This document shows, in pieces, positions 12,161 through 25,752 of a stretch of DNA of 64,000 bases. Every line of letters starts with the position of its first letter. Position 1 is the stretch's first letter. Both the position numbers and the translations under genes were made by a program. The DNA comes from Lama guanicoe (Eukaryota): NCBI GenBank assembly GCA_013239625.1, contig MU054187.1, positions 7,079,757 to 7,143,756 on the forward strand, in the 5' to 3' direction. The notes beneath the pieces are model-generated. The model had not been told where the DNA came from. It was given only the letters and a program-made list of their open reading frames with translations, and did no database searches.

Positions 12161-13509
12161 TTACGTTCTAAATCTCTTAATTATAGCTGAAGATAAAAGC
12201 ACAACCTCTGTTGATTTAAGATCTCTCGAGTTTGTTCATCTTGTAAGACCTGTCCACTCCCATGCTCTTCCCTGGACAGAAGTGAACAGAAATTCAATTT
12301 CTGCAGTGACAAAAAGGTGATTGATATTTTTTCTGATAATCCCTTTGTCCCCCATGCATTTGCAGAGTAAACTTGCTAGAGTTAAAGTTGACCTTTAATA
12401 AATGAACTGAAAATAGGCTCAGTATTTTACTGTTTGAAACATATTTCACGTTTTGCCTAACTGTAAATACTAAACTCGGGAACATTTGTTAAAGAAAGGC
12501 GATGCTGAAGAAAGGGTTTGACAGTTTCAAATCAGTTACTTGCCTGTCAGGACTCAGTTCCACCTTCCCTCCAGCCCCGTCCTAGCACCATGGCTCCCTT
12601 CTTGGGCAGGAGGATGGGGGGGTAATCAGGGTGCGAGGATTGCTCATGCTGCTCCAGGACCGGCTAGCTCTGTCACTCATTCATCCCTGGGTCCACATGC
12701 CACACAGGGCACCTGGCACCTATGAATGTTCAATGAACGTTAGTGAAAAAATCCCCATTGGAATAAAAATATAAAGTAAATTATAACATGTCAACCTGGT
12801 AGAATAAAATGTACCTCAAGAAATAATAGTTGCCAGAACTCTAACAACATGAAAATTTTATATTATCTTAAGGGAAAAAAAATGGTTGTAACAGTGCGTT
12901 TTTGTGTGTTCACAGTTTTTAATATGCATAAGTAATAAATAACAGGAAGATGGGAAAAAGAGAAGTGTAAGTTAGTTAAGATGTATAGATTATGGATGAT
13001 TTAATTCCTTTTAAAATTATTCCTTTTTTATAATAACAGTTTTCAGTAAATTATGCAAAAAAGAAACTACAGTAGTAATATTTTACTATTATTAGACATC
13101 ATTCATGCTTCCTGCCACATATTTCATTGCAGAAGTCCACTCTACCTAACACTCCCTTTAGAGAAACTAAGCAGATTTTGAAAACATTTCATTAACTGTA
13201 AGAGTGAATAAATTTTTATAGATTATGTTAATGTTCTCATTTTTCTTGTAAACTCTTTAGTATTCCCTAAAATTGGGCAAAACTTACAGGGCCTTTAAGG
13301 AAGAGCTCCTGCCCTCTTCATTTTAACTGTCCTCATCCAGACGTTCAGTAAAGTGAATAATAGACCGTTAGGAATTCCCAGTATCAAACGAGGTGCTGTG
13401 AAACTCCCTCATCTTTAAATCCAACTGGGTAGCATGTCCCCCTCCTCTTCCCCACACCTCTTTTCTTTGGGCCTCTTTTGTTCTAAGTTACATTTTTTCT
13501 AATATTTTA

Positions 13510-13837
13510 ATTTAAATTTTTATTGTGGTAGTAACACTTAACATGAGATCTACCCTCTTAACAAACGTTTAAGTGCAAAATCCGGTATTGTGAACTGTAG
13601 GCACCATGTTGTAAAGCAGATCTCCAGATCTTTTTCATCTTGCTTAACTGACACTCTATATCCACTGAGTATCAGTTCCCCGTTTCTCTCTCCATTGCCC
13701 TCAGCAACCACTACTCTATTCTGTTCTTCTGTGAGCTTGACTACTGTAGATATCTCATATGAGCAGAATTATACAATATTTGTTCTGGCTTATTTCACTT
13801 AGCGGAATATCCTCTGTGTTCATCAGTGTTATTGCAT
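13510..13837 (-). mobile_element. Older L1 (L1MA9/L1MB-type) 3' end
   Basis: 'ttttattgtggtagtaacacttaacatgagatctaccctcttaacaaa...ggcttatttcacttagc'. Confidence 0.8.
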
Positions 13838-16800
13838 TACTTTTTTTCCTAATTTAAAATCATGTCTTGGTTTTCATCTTGTGTAAAATCTATCTTCCGT
13901 AACAGGTATGGCCCTTCATCTTCCTGCCTACAACCCTTCCATCTGAAAATGATGTTATTAGGTAAAACCAGCTAGCCACTGATGTTGTCACTTTAACTTT
14001 TTGCATTTTCACCAGAGAAGGAAAAATTATGTTTAGCAATTTGACAATGTGAGTCCATGTTGGAATCGTCTGACTGGCGGCAAACAAAGTCTCTTTTTCT
14101 TAGACTGACCTGTTGATTCTTTTATCCAGACGGACACTCTTCTTGTCTGTCCCTCCCAGTCTCCCCCCTGCTTGTTTCTTCCTCTCTCTTTTTATCTCTG
14201 ACTCTTTTTTTCTCCCTTAAGTGATCTGTACTTCTAGATAAATGTCTTTGGATTAATATTTATTCAAATATTTGAGAGATTGTACTTACAGGTGCAAATG
14301 CACACATACACTCACATCTGCACGTATGTTTCGTGGCATCCTCGTGTGTCTAGAGGTGCAACATTCCTGAGAAAAGAAGAGTTTCCTTTTGCTCACCTGC
14401 TACCTGGAGAGCCTAGCAGACCACTCAGTATACGTTCCTTGAAAGAATGGGCACGTGAATTAAAAGCATGAGCAAATGCTGTTGCTAGTGATGTAAGAAC
14501 CAGTGTGGAAGACCAACAAGTCACTGTAAGCTCTTAGGATTGTAGTTTGCATGTCCATATCGATTTCCCTTTTGCTAGAATCTCCAGTCATGTCACTTTT
14601 GTTGGTAAATATTTCTCTTTCTCTTTGGCTTCACTATCATACCATGGCCTTTAAAGGGAGTTTATCCTTCCGTTTTCTTACCAGCTTCCTCTTTTCCTTT
14701 GAAAAATATGAACACTCAAGAAGCTATAATTCCATCTCCTCCCTGAACTAGGGCAGTACCTGGTCTTTACCTCTTTTCTATCATTTATCGCGTTCTGCTT
14801 CATCATTTAAGAACTTGACTTATCATTCCTACTAGGTTCTAAAGCCCTTTTAAGAAAACAGTGATCTCTCTTCTTTTTTTTTTAAATCTCTGGCATTGCC
14901 TAGATTGATAGAACATCGCTGACATTGGCTGGATTGAACTTACAGTCTGAGACATTCTGTACAAACAATGAGACACAGTTACTTTAAGCAATGTTTATCC
15001 AGAGATGGAGAGTAGAAATGATTTTAAAAGAGTAGGGTTCGCAAGGAAAAACTCATATTTATTAAAGTTCTCTGAAGCGAAAATGAGCATTGCATTTTAT
15101 ACAAATAAAAAGACTTTGGTGCATTTAATGTGTTCCTATAAAATTAGATGGGCTGTACAGTGTAAGAAATTCTCACAGATTCTTAGAATAGGATCTCCTT
15201 TGTATAGAAGCTGGGGAGGGGAGTGAGCACGAACAGCAAGAACACATGAAATATGTCTTTGACTGAAATAAGGGAAACAATGGAGAGTCCTTATTTTATT
15301 TACATACCCTGACTCTGTTGTCCCAGAAGCCCCTTGGAGCTACCGATGATCTGCTAGGGGTTTCCGATGTCATCTCTGCTGCTCTCTTCCTCCTCCCCAT
15401 CACTGCTCCACGGTATTCGTGTGACTAATTTATCTGCCCATCTCCTCAGCTTGACTGTGGGTTTTGGGTAGACTGTTGACCCCATACTAAGTCCTCGAGA
15501 GCAGAGGACAAACATTCTTATATTGGGCTGTTTATGCAAAGTCCCATAGTGAATAATGATTTGAAGAAGAGAAAACTTCTGTTGGTGGCTATTCTGGAAT
15601 GTGTGAATGTAACTCCATCATCAGCTTTAGCATTTCTTGAATGCTGCTCCTTCCTAGTAGATAAGGGGAGATGGGCGAGGATGGAGGAAGGAAAGGCAAA
15701 GTCTGACTCTCTAAGGTCCCTAGTTTCACTTCAAGTTCAGTATCTGTTTGGTTTGGACTTCTGTAATTCGAACAGAGAGTTATATACGTCCATAGAGTTT
15801 TTGTTCTGTTGTTTTGTTGTTGTTTCAACCATGGACTAGTTTGGTTTGAAGTATCAGTGCAATTGAACCATGACAAAGAGGAAAATCAAAGGAGCTGGGG
15901 GGAAGGATGCCTATCTGTGCCTTCATAATTATGATAAAAGAGAAAATAAGAATATTAAAAACCGAGAGAAATTGGTATTGCATTGTTTGAATGTTTGATG
16001 CTGGAATAGGGCTTGCTTCTGACTTATCAACTTTTAACTCAACCTACAAAGGTCAGAGAGGACAGAAGGCTATTACCTTTGAGCAGGTGTTTTGAGACCT
16101 TTGGAAATAAGTTGGTAATTTGAGTTGCATTCAGAGACACCAGAGGTGTATCATTGTAAAAACCAATCCATCACTTTTCCAGTAGTTTCAGCAAGAAGAC
16201 TTTTAGGTGCGGATGTCAGATGGGAAATGTGCGAAATATACTTACTCTTGAAATATTGGTAGATAAACTTTGATGTCAGAGATATTGCTTGCCATGTACT
16301 TTTATTTGATCCTGCATCTTTGGCTTAAGTAACATCTCTCTTGGAAAGACCTGCTGTACCTTTACTATATTTGGATGGAAAAACTATCTTGTTGATGATA
16401 TTTCTTGGCAAATGTTTTCAATCGTCTTACTACCTGCAAAATATCCAAGTAGTCGAGGACGTGTGTCTTTCCGTTAAGTTCCCTATGCCTTGATCATATT
16501 TCATTTACCCAACATACAATCACTTACCCAACATATAACTATTGAATTCAACATATTCTAAATATTGTAGAGCCACAGAAACGTAATTGTTGAGGAAATA
16601 CAGGGTGAGGACCTTGTTGACCGTTGTTTGAGCAACATTTACATATCACAATCAGTTCTATGTTCTCTGTGTTTTACTTTCTAAATATGTCTTCCTTTTC
16701 TCACTTATTGGAAGATTTATTCTGATTCATTTAGTAGTTATTAGATGAAAAATAGCATTCTGACTCCAGAGTTCCACTGGAAACTTACCAGTCTATAAAT

Positions 16801-18400
16801 TTGCCAAGCTGTTCACAACGTGAATCTGATAATCCCTTGATGGAGAGTTTAATGATCTCTTTGTACTGGTGACCTGTCCTAATGCAGCGCCTGCAAGCTC
16901 TTCTTAGTTAAACCGTAAAGATGAAAGAAAGCCCGATCTTGATGAGCAATTCATTCACATTTCTGGTGTCATGGATGTCTCCATTCAATGACTAAAGAAG
17001 CGTCCAGTTCTTATTAAACCGTCCCCTGAATGGCGCTGTGTGGAACAAAGGAGCAAGAAACGTGCTATTTCTGAAATTGGTGCCAGGTCCCCTGCTTCTC
17101 TTTTGTCTGGTTTGAGATGTTGAAATCTCAGTTAATGCTGTTGACAAGTGTGCACACTTTTAGTTGCCAGCCAGGTCTTAACTTTCACAAAAGAACTGCT
17201 GGAGAAGGTCTGGCTCTGAGACAGCTGCTGGGATAAAAGCACCTTTTACTAAAAATACCACCTCTCCGCTCTGGGTGGCGTGCCCTAGAATGCAGCGACG
17301 CAGTCGCTGGAAGGTGACTCTGAAAGCAAAGTTAGGAAAAGGAGATTGCTGGATTCATGATTGGCAGTAGAGTGTTACATAAAGTTGACCATACAATCGC
17401 GATCTCGCTGGTGAATCAATACGTGTTGCCATGGCGAGAAGGCTAGGAGAGGAAAAGCAGATGGTGCTGGATGTGCTGGAGACAAAGAAACAAAAGCTCC
17501 AAATCTCCTTCCATGTAAAAGTTATGTAGGATTCAGTAATTTAGGGAAGGGTAATGAGGCTAGTATGACCATTTTTATCACCTTAATGTAGAAACATACC
17601 ATAAATAAATCATCGCATTATTCATCTCCTTATTTCTCCATTCAGGAGTTACTTCTTCACTTGTCAAACCATTTCCTTTATTTCACCCAACTCATGGAGA
17701 TGCCCATTTTATTTACTCAATCTATCATGAGTTAAAGCAAAACTACCCACCAAATATTTTCACTGCAATTTCTCTCTCTCTCTCTCAAAAAAAGTGTCTT
17801 CTTTTTCTGAAGAGGAGAGAATGTTACTTGACAAATATTTACTGTACAGATACAGGATGCAAAACACTGCTCTGCTCTTTGTGTGGCTGTTTGATGTCTG
17901 ATACAAACATACGCTGACCCAGGCCCTGGATTATTAAAACTTTGTATCTTATGCCACAGGCTGTTTGGCCCTCTAATGTTCACATGATGAGAATGAGCAT
18001 GCAGTATTTTTTCCACTGAACACAGGCTGAATCATGAGTTTCTAGAAATTCATAACCTAATTATGAAAAATCAAATTTTAATCACTGCTATCAAAGAGGA
18101 TTTCTTCTTGTATTTGTTCCAGTGTTTACATTAAACAGTGATATTGCTTGATGGAGAACTGAATGAGCGCAAGCTCCCACTTTGCCTCAAAATCCAGGCA
18201 TGACCTATGTCAGTAGTTTCCTAATAAAAAAAATTAGCAGAATTTTTAAATTCCTTAAGGAGAACGTGTAGTAAAGGCAATATACTACTTGAGATCAGAA
18301 ACATTTTGGAAGACGTATTTCTGACAGAATGGTAGAATAATTTTCCCTGAACATCACTGCTGTTAAAAACAACTGTAAATGTCTGATTTAAAAAATGTTT

Positions 18401-18583
18401 TATAGAAAACAAACTATGGTTACGGGGGGCGGAGATAGCTTGGGAAATTGGGATTGACAGATACACATTACTACATGTGAGGTGGATAAGCAGCGAGAAC
18501 CTACTGTACAGCACAGGGGACTATATTCAATTTCTTATAATAAGCTGTAATTGAAAAGAAATTGAAAAAAATGTATGTATGTA

Positions 18584-18615
<32 letters not shown>

Positions 18616-18674
18616 GTATATGTGTGTGTGTATATATATATATATATAACTGAATCATTTTGCTGTAAACCTGA
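18401..18674 (+). mobile_element. L1 3' UTR fragment lacking its terminal poly(A) region
   Basis: 'atagaaaacaaactatggttac...ctactgtacagcacaggggactatattcaa...ataactgaatcattttgctgtaaacctga'; internal (TG)/(TA) microsatellite at about 18572-18648. Confidence 0.85.
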
Positions 18675-18698
18675 CCCTAACCCTTACTCTAACCCTAG
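18670..18698. repeat. Short degenerate (CCCTAA)n telomere-like tract
   Basis: cctga-ccctaa-ccctta-ctctaa-ccctag. Confidence 0.55.
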
Positions 18699-18784
18699 AA
18701 TGGGGTAGAAGAAATAAATTCCAAAGAAGTACCCAAGCCGGCAGTGTAGGACCCTTCTCATAAAGCTGGAACCACACACATCTC

Positions 18785-19150
18785 ATCTTTATTGTTCTAT
18801 CTAGTTCACTGATTCTTTCCTCTGTCCTTTCCTTTCTGTTGTTAAGCCCACTGAGCTTTTTATTTCAGTTACTGTATTTTGAGTCCTAAATTAACATTTA
18901 ATTCTTTATATGTCCTTTTTCTTTGCTGAGAATTTCACTTTTTGTTGTTTGAGGCTTCCTAATTTTTTGTTGCAAATATGCTTGTAATTGCCTATTGAAT
19001 AATTTTTATTATGGCTGCTTTAACATCTTAGATAATTTTCATATCTCTCTCCTCTTGGTGTTGCCATCTGTTGCTTGTCTTATTTTCATTCAGTTTGAGA
19101 TCTTCCTAGTTCTTGGCTTGACAAGTGATTTTGATTGAAACCTTGAACAA
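18785..19150 (-). mobile_element. Ancient L1M fragment (5'/ORF1 region)
   Basis: 'ctagttcactgattctttcctctg...ctgttgttaagccca...tttatttcagttactgtatttt...atggctgctttaa...cagtttgagatcttcctagttcttgg'. Confidence 0.6.
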
Positions 19151-19252
19151 ATGAAGAAGTCTGTGAAAGTACTTTCTAAACTGTACATATATTTTTAGTA
19201 AAACATTTAGGCAATGTAGGAATTAATCTAAACCTTCAGGGAAAGGTCATAC

Positions 19253-19465
19253 TGTAGTATAAAAAATTTGGAATCTGGAGTCTGACTGAGGTTGGTTCTC
19301 ATACTGATTCTAATACCAACTAGTTGAGTTTCTTGAGTGTGTAGATAGCCCTTAAAGCTCTGTAAAAACAGGGTAAAATATTTGCTTCATGAGGTTTTTA
19401 TTGGCAGTTAAAGAAAAACTATATGTAATGCTTGCCATGAAGTAGATGGTGGGCAAATATTAGCT
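19253..19465 (+). mobile_element. MIR SINE, degenerate
   Basis: 'tctggagtctgactg...ctgtaaaaacagggtaaaata...cttcatgaggtt...aaatattagct'. Confidence 0.45.
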
Positions 19466-19562
19466 TGCTCTTTTCCCCCAACTTTCTCAGAAATGGAAAT
19501 AGATTTGTAAAAACATGCGTTCTTCTTTTACTTTAGAGTAGATATGCACTCTGAGACATAGG

Positions 19563-20380
19563 GATGATATTGTCATCTATAGTAAGAAATATATAGTTGG
19601 TCTTCATACCTCCTTTCTGGCTCGCAGCTCCAAAAACCCTTGGAATTTCCTAAGCAACGAGAGAGACAAAGGTTTCTTCTGTCATGTTAACAAGGTGACT
19701 TTTGGAAAGCTCCTAAGGAGGGAGGTTGATTGTCAGGAGAACTAACCAGTTGATTAGAGGACTGGAACTTTCAGTCCCAGCCTCTGGGAGAAGAGAGGAG
19801 AGAGGCTGGAGATCAAGTTCAATCATCAGTGGTCAAGGACTTAATCAATCGTGCCTATGCAATGAAGCCACCATGAAAAACCAAAAGGAGAGGAAGGTCC
19901 AGAGAGATTTTCAGTCGAGGACATGTGGAAGTGCCCAAGGGTGGCGTGCTGGGAGAGGGTGTGGAAGCCCCCTTCCCTTTCCCCACACCTTGCCCTGTGC
20001 TTCTCATCCATTCGGCTGTTCCTGAGTTATATCCTTTTGTAGTAAACCAGCAATCTACTAAGTAAAATGTTTCTCTGAGTTCTGGGAGTGACCCTAGCAA
20101 ATTAATCAAACCTGAGGAAGGGGTCTTGGGAACCTCTGATTTATTAACCAGCTGGTCAGAAGGACAGATAGCACCCTGGACTTGAGACTAACATCTGAAG
20201 TTGGCGGGGTGCAGAAAGCAGTCCTCTTGGGCTGAACCCTTAGCATGTGGAGTCTGATGCTGTCTCCTGGTAGGTCGTGTCAGAACTGAGTTGAATTCTA
20301 GAACACACAGCTGGGCTCCCAAGAATTGTTTATTGGTGTGGACAAAGCACCTCCACACAGACTGGAGTTGGTGCCAGAAC
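19563..20380 (+). mobile_element. MER21-family (ERVL-type) solo LTR
   Basis: 'taagaaatatatagttggtcttc...gcagctccaaaaacccttggaatttcct...gattagaggactggaactttcag...cttaatcaatcgtgcctatgcaatgaagcc...tgtcagaactgagttgaatt'. Confidence 0.8.
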
Positions 20381-20838
20381 CTATTTAATAGATGAAAGCA
20401 CCATAAATGTGTTCTTCTATATTATTATTATCACTTTAGGTAGCTGTACGGAACAGTAATTATACTTACTGAACATAAAATTATAGCAAATGCATTATCC
20501 TTATAACAAAATTTACAAATACGCATATTCACTAGAAGCGAGGGAGGAAGCATGTCTGAGATAAAAGCTCAGGAGGTTGTCAGTGTATCTCTGTATGATT
20601 GGTGTAGCTGTGTAAACTGACTTATTTAGCCCCTACCACTAGAAGAGGGACCAGAAAACAGAACACATGATAGGTCCTAATCTATTGAGTCAATTTGTAC
20701 ACTTACAAAATAAAAATGCCTGGAAACCAAGAGGCCGATCCAGCTTCCTGGTCTTCTGAGAAACATTTTAATGTCCAAAAAGCACGAGCACGATTGAAAA
20801 GTGGTTAATTAAGTTTGTGGGACGAGAGGATGGCCCCG

Positions 20839-21358
20839 TGCTGGTCTCAGTTGGGTTCCTGGGAAGGGCCCTGCCAAGTGTGGGTCCTTGGCTTCACACA
20901 GGTAAGAATTCAAGAGTGAGCCACAGTTGAGTAAAAGTGGATTTATTCAGAGGGACACATACTCCATAGACAGAGCACAGGCCATTTAAGAAGGCAAGAG
21001 AAAGGCCACGAGGTGTGGGGCTGTTGGTTTTTAATGAGCTGGGTTATTCCATATGCTTACAAGTGGGAGGACTTTCTAACTACTTTGGAGACGGGATGGG
21101 GACTCTCAGAATTGGGGCCGCCCACTTTTTGACCTTTTATGATCAGCCTTGGGACTGTCATGGTGCCTGTGGCTGTGTCATTCACCATGCTAATATATTA
21201 CAATGAGCGTATAATGAAGCTCGAGGCCTACTGGGAGTCAGATCTCCCGCCATCTTGGGCCTCAGGGCCTACTGGGCGTTGAATTTTCCGCCACCTTGGT
21301 GTTAATTGCTGTGTCATTCCTCGAATGGCTGTGCCCTGCCCCCTTCCTTCCTGCCTCA
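20839..21358 (-). mobile_element. MER41-like ERV1 solo LTR
   Basis: Ends 'cctgcctca' (TGAGGCAGG on the minus strand); MER41 hallmarks 'actccatagacagag', 'actgtcatggtgcctg', 'caatgagcgtataatga', 'cgccatcttgg'; possible TSD cccg/ccct; left end uncertain. Confidence 0.8.
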
Positions 21359-23299
21359 CCCTGACGGTGAAGATTAAAGACACCATATGAAGTTAATGAA
21401 GACCATGTCCCCACATTAGATCATAGCTCTTGGTTAGTGATAATTGTGAGGAAGAAAATAAAATGCAAGTTTACACCCGAAACACCTCAGTCATTATCTA
21501 AGGATTTCAGCAGTTCTGCAGTCGAAGACGTCCTCCATGTTCAGTGGTCTGCTGCATCAGCAGCATCCTTCCCAGGACTAATAATAATAAGACAGTGGGA
21601 GGTGTTAACCTACTTTAACACCATTAACTATTACTTAATGTCTACTGTACATTCTAATTTTCAAGTGAGAGTGGTTTCCTATAGCATAAATACTTTGACA
21701 AGATTTTTTTCAATATTATTTTCTAAAGAAGAAACATTTCATTTCATTCCCAAATGAAAGATCTGGTTCTTGCTGAAATGCACACTTGAAGGCGAATCTT
21801 TAGAGAAGGAAATTTGCAGGTGGCCTCTACTACAAATAAAGACATGGAAAGGCCCTTAGAGAAACGTTTGGCCCATAACCCTCTCTTCTGTCTCCTCATG
21901 CTGAGCTGCCATTTAAGTAACACCTCCGTGGGCGTCAGAAAGGCCACAGCAGGCGTGCTCCCGCCAGCTGTTGGTCGGGGTTCAGCGTTAGCGCTCGTGG
22001 ATCTATTACGGCTCCTCGGGAGGGCTGGAATTTCATCTTCAGTCGCTGTTCTGCAACAAATTGGCACTTTGGGCTTTTGCTGCAATAGTTGCCTTCCTCC
22101 TGGCCTGAGCTCTTCGTGGACTGGAACTGCCTTTTTTAAGGTCGGTGTCTGCTTGGCACAGTGGGAGGAGTGAGGCTATGGGGTCATTTCTGGCAGGGGA
22201 GGGCGCTTAGACACTGACTCAGGTGACGTAACCACCCTGTTGAGCCATCCAGGGACCTCCTCAAACAAACACTAACAGACTATTCCCTTCTGCCTAATTT
22301 TTGTGGAGCTCTCACCCAGCGCATTACTGACTTGGTAGGAAAAGAGGAAGCGAAGCGTTCCCTGCCTCGTTTCTTTATGGCCTGGTCTGTCTCACGTCTC
22401 CCTCGGTGTCTGCGGGGCTGGAACACACGTCTGAAGACCCCTCTCTTGACAACAACCTGTTGGTAAAGTGTAAGAAATTTTTCAAAACATGTATGATGCC
22501 GAAGGGAATATTTCAAGCGTTCCCACAATTATAAGATCCTCATTTCCCATAATTAAACCCCACAGTTTGAAACTTTGTGTATTTAGTCACGCCAACTGGG
22601 TTGATGTGAGAAGCGTAGTTATTAAAATAATCCGTAACAGTGAGTAACCCGAAAGTTATTTTTAGTTTCCTTCCAGGAAATGTTTTGCCCAGTCCTTACC
22701 TATGGTTTCAATTATCCTAATTATATTTGGTTTAACCTAAACTGAAAAGCACTTGACTTTTTGTGCACATATCAACGGATAGAGAGGGGAGGGCCTCCAC
22801 ACCTGTATGGAGCTCAACGGGAAAGGTCACAGCTCCTTCCTTTGAGGGATTATCCAGGTGGACTGTTCACACCAGGTTTTAATTTGCCTTAAAAAAAAAA
22901 AAAAGAGAGAGAGGGAAAAGCCACAACTGGAATATGTAATTCGATGCCGCGTAAGGTCTTCCAATAAGGGATTCCAACACATTAACTTCAAAATTGTCAT
23001 TTTCCTTCTCATTTTTAATACTTGTAACAGCATCCAACCAGCAAGTTTTCCTTGGTCAGAGTGAAGATGTAAGCTCAGCTGACCTGGTTCATCCTTCACC
23101 GCTCACATACACTTTGCCTTTAGAGTCTAGTTCCTGAATGCTTCATGCTGTCCCCGTTCTCATTTCCTTTGGCCGCTGTCCCTCCATCCCCTGCTCTCAG
23201 CTGAGCTGGATGCTTCCTCTTGATGCTACGTTGCACATGTGATCACTTCCCTTCACTGCTTTCCTGAGTCAGAGCCCCTGTTCTCTAGGGGCCATATAT

Positions 23300-23519
23300 T
23301 CACTTGGATCACAGGTAAATATATAACCGTAGGCTCTCATAACAAATAAACAAGGCTTTGGGTTTTTGTTTTTTTTTTAGCATTTCCCGATGTCCATGTG
23401 GTAAATACAGTGGCCAATGTCAAGTTCCCACCTTGAAGTCACTCCTGACTGTGGGGCTGGGAAGAGATGCACCTGATCTGCCCTCCCTGGTCTGCTCCAG
23501 CGGCTGGACCACATCATTG
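23300..23519. mobile_element. MER63-like hAT-Blackjack MITE
   Basis: 'ggtaaatatataacc..ggctctc...tagcatttcccgat...gtaaatac...gggaagagatgcac' matches recalled MER63A blocks. Confidence 0.55.
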
Positions 23520-25563
23520 TGAGACCAGTTTGACAGAGACGTTTCTAAAATATATTCATAAAATATATTCATGCTTTTCTTGAGTTAACAAAGCAACCTG
23601 GATATCATTTCATTTCATTTGGGGGCCCTAGGTCTTTATTTTTATGAAGGTCAAGCTGTAAGGCAGAAAGTGGTATCTCTAGAGATGATGACATTTAGAG
23701 AGACTATTTTTGCCTCTAAACTAAACGACTTAGCAGCTTAACATGGAAACTAGATAAAATAATTAATACAAAATGCAACAATATTTTGTTTACTTTTGAA
23801 GGGCTTTTTGTCGTTGTCAGCTGACTTTTTAAAATCCAATACTCAAAAGTAGTTTTTGTGGTTTATATAGTTGCTTTAGCTGCCTCTGCCCTCATCCTTG
23901 ACACCGTCTCCCCCCAGTTTGTTTGTTTTTATGACTGTTTCTTTGTGCTCTTATCAAGCCACTATAAATCCATTTTAAGTTATCAGAGAATAAATATTAA
24001 TAAGTAGGGAGACAGGGCGCCCTCAATAAGAAAGGCAGATTTGCTAATAAGTGGTGTTACCTCGGCTTCTCTTTCCTTGCGTTTTCTTTGATACCGTGAA
24101 ACAGAGTGCTATCCGCGTGTCTTCTGACAGAAAAGAAGACAGTTTTTCCCTGTTTGAAAAGTTCGCTTTAAAGGGTTTTGTGATGCGCCACAGCTTCAAA
24201 ACAGGGTTGCTTTTCAGAATGAATTGCCTGCAGCTGCTCTTCAGGACTTTTTGGTTTTTTTCCTCAACACATCCATCCTGTTTGGACACTTAAAGAAAAC
24301 CTGCATATTTACATCACTGATGGTCCAATAAATAAAATGCTGCGTTTTTAGGGGAAGGTTCCTGGGAACTAACCAGAGTCACAAGCAGAGACAAACAGGG
24401 GATTGAGAACACAGTGCTGCTTCTCACCTTGGTCTGATTATTTTGTGTTTAAGCCATTTCTGTGCATCCTCCCAGGGGTGAGTGCAGGGAATGGTGCAGA
24501 TCACTTGATGATCAGGAAATAACCATGAAACGAAGGTGGTTCTGGTGTGGTTGTCTTCGGGTATTGCTCCTTTCCCTTCTCCTCCACAGCTGGGTGAAGG
24601 GGAATCTTCACCAGGGTCAACTCAGCTCACTGGAGAGAGGACATTTCTTTCTGTCCAAGGAAATTAAAGCTGTTCAGGCACACACCTGCCATGTAACTAG
24701 GAAAATACCCAGGGTACCATTTTCATTTAAAATCTGCAGTTTCGTCAGTGTAGTTAATCGTTGGATCATTTTCTTAGAATTACTATTTTATCAGAGTAAA
24801 GCTAGAAAAATGCTTGAAATATATAAGATTTGTGTCCAAATACAGCAGGTGGAATTATAAAAATTTTGAGATATAAAATACAATAAATATCATTTGTACA
24901 TGATAATGACACTGTTGGCAGTCACTGGACTATGTGAAATTCATCTGTTTCCTCATAAATGGTTTAAGTGTGTATTTTAATATATTTTAGAATTACTTAA
25001 AAATGTAATGCAAATATAATAAACTGAGACATGTCTAAAATTGTTATTGCCACATAATTTTTATTTGGGTATTTAAAAAGGACTGAACCTGATCTAACAT
25101 GAATTTTCATGTACTTATATGATCTCAGTAAAACAGGATTCAAAGGGTCTGTTTAACTTAGTTTTAGATCAGGGATGTGAGCTCAAAGTAAGTAAATAAG
25201 TACGCTTCATTTTGAAAAAGTGTGCCAAGTATGATGAGTTAATATCATAAAGTGTGGTACCCTAAGGCAACCGCCTGGATTTGCTGCTACAGAAAATGGT
25301 TTCAGAAGTATATGTCTAGCTCCCCTGATAGGCTTCAAATCTGTATATACTTGAAGTCATGATGCTCAAATTTATCTTAGTATATTTGCTCAGAGAAGTT
25401 GCATAAAAGAGTACATGAAATGGGTGTCTCAGTCTCAACGACAATGGTGTCCGTAAGTCGGGCTGAAATTGACTACCCAGCCTCCTCCAGCTGTGAAACC
25501 AAGATTAAAGTGGTCTGATGTGCGTGGGTAAGATGCTCATGGACTCTCTTTGCTTTGTTGTAG

Positions 25564-25752
<189 letters not shown>

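Noticed and set aside
16501..16538. 19-bp tandem duplication
   Set aside because: Two imperfect copies with no spacer; ordinary slippage, not an array
17293..17309. Hairpin CAGCGAC-GCA-GTCGCTG
   Set aside because: 7-bp stems are expected by chance several times in 64 kb
24525..24600. Signal-peptide-like MKRRWFWCGCLRVLLLSLLLHSW as an alternative NKAIN3 first exon
   Set aside because: The Leu run comes from a polypyrimidine tract, and the only in-phase donor (TGG|GTGAAG) is weak
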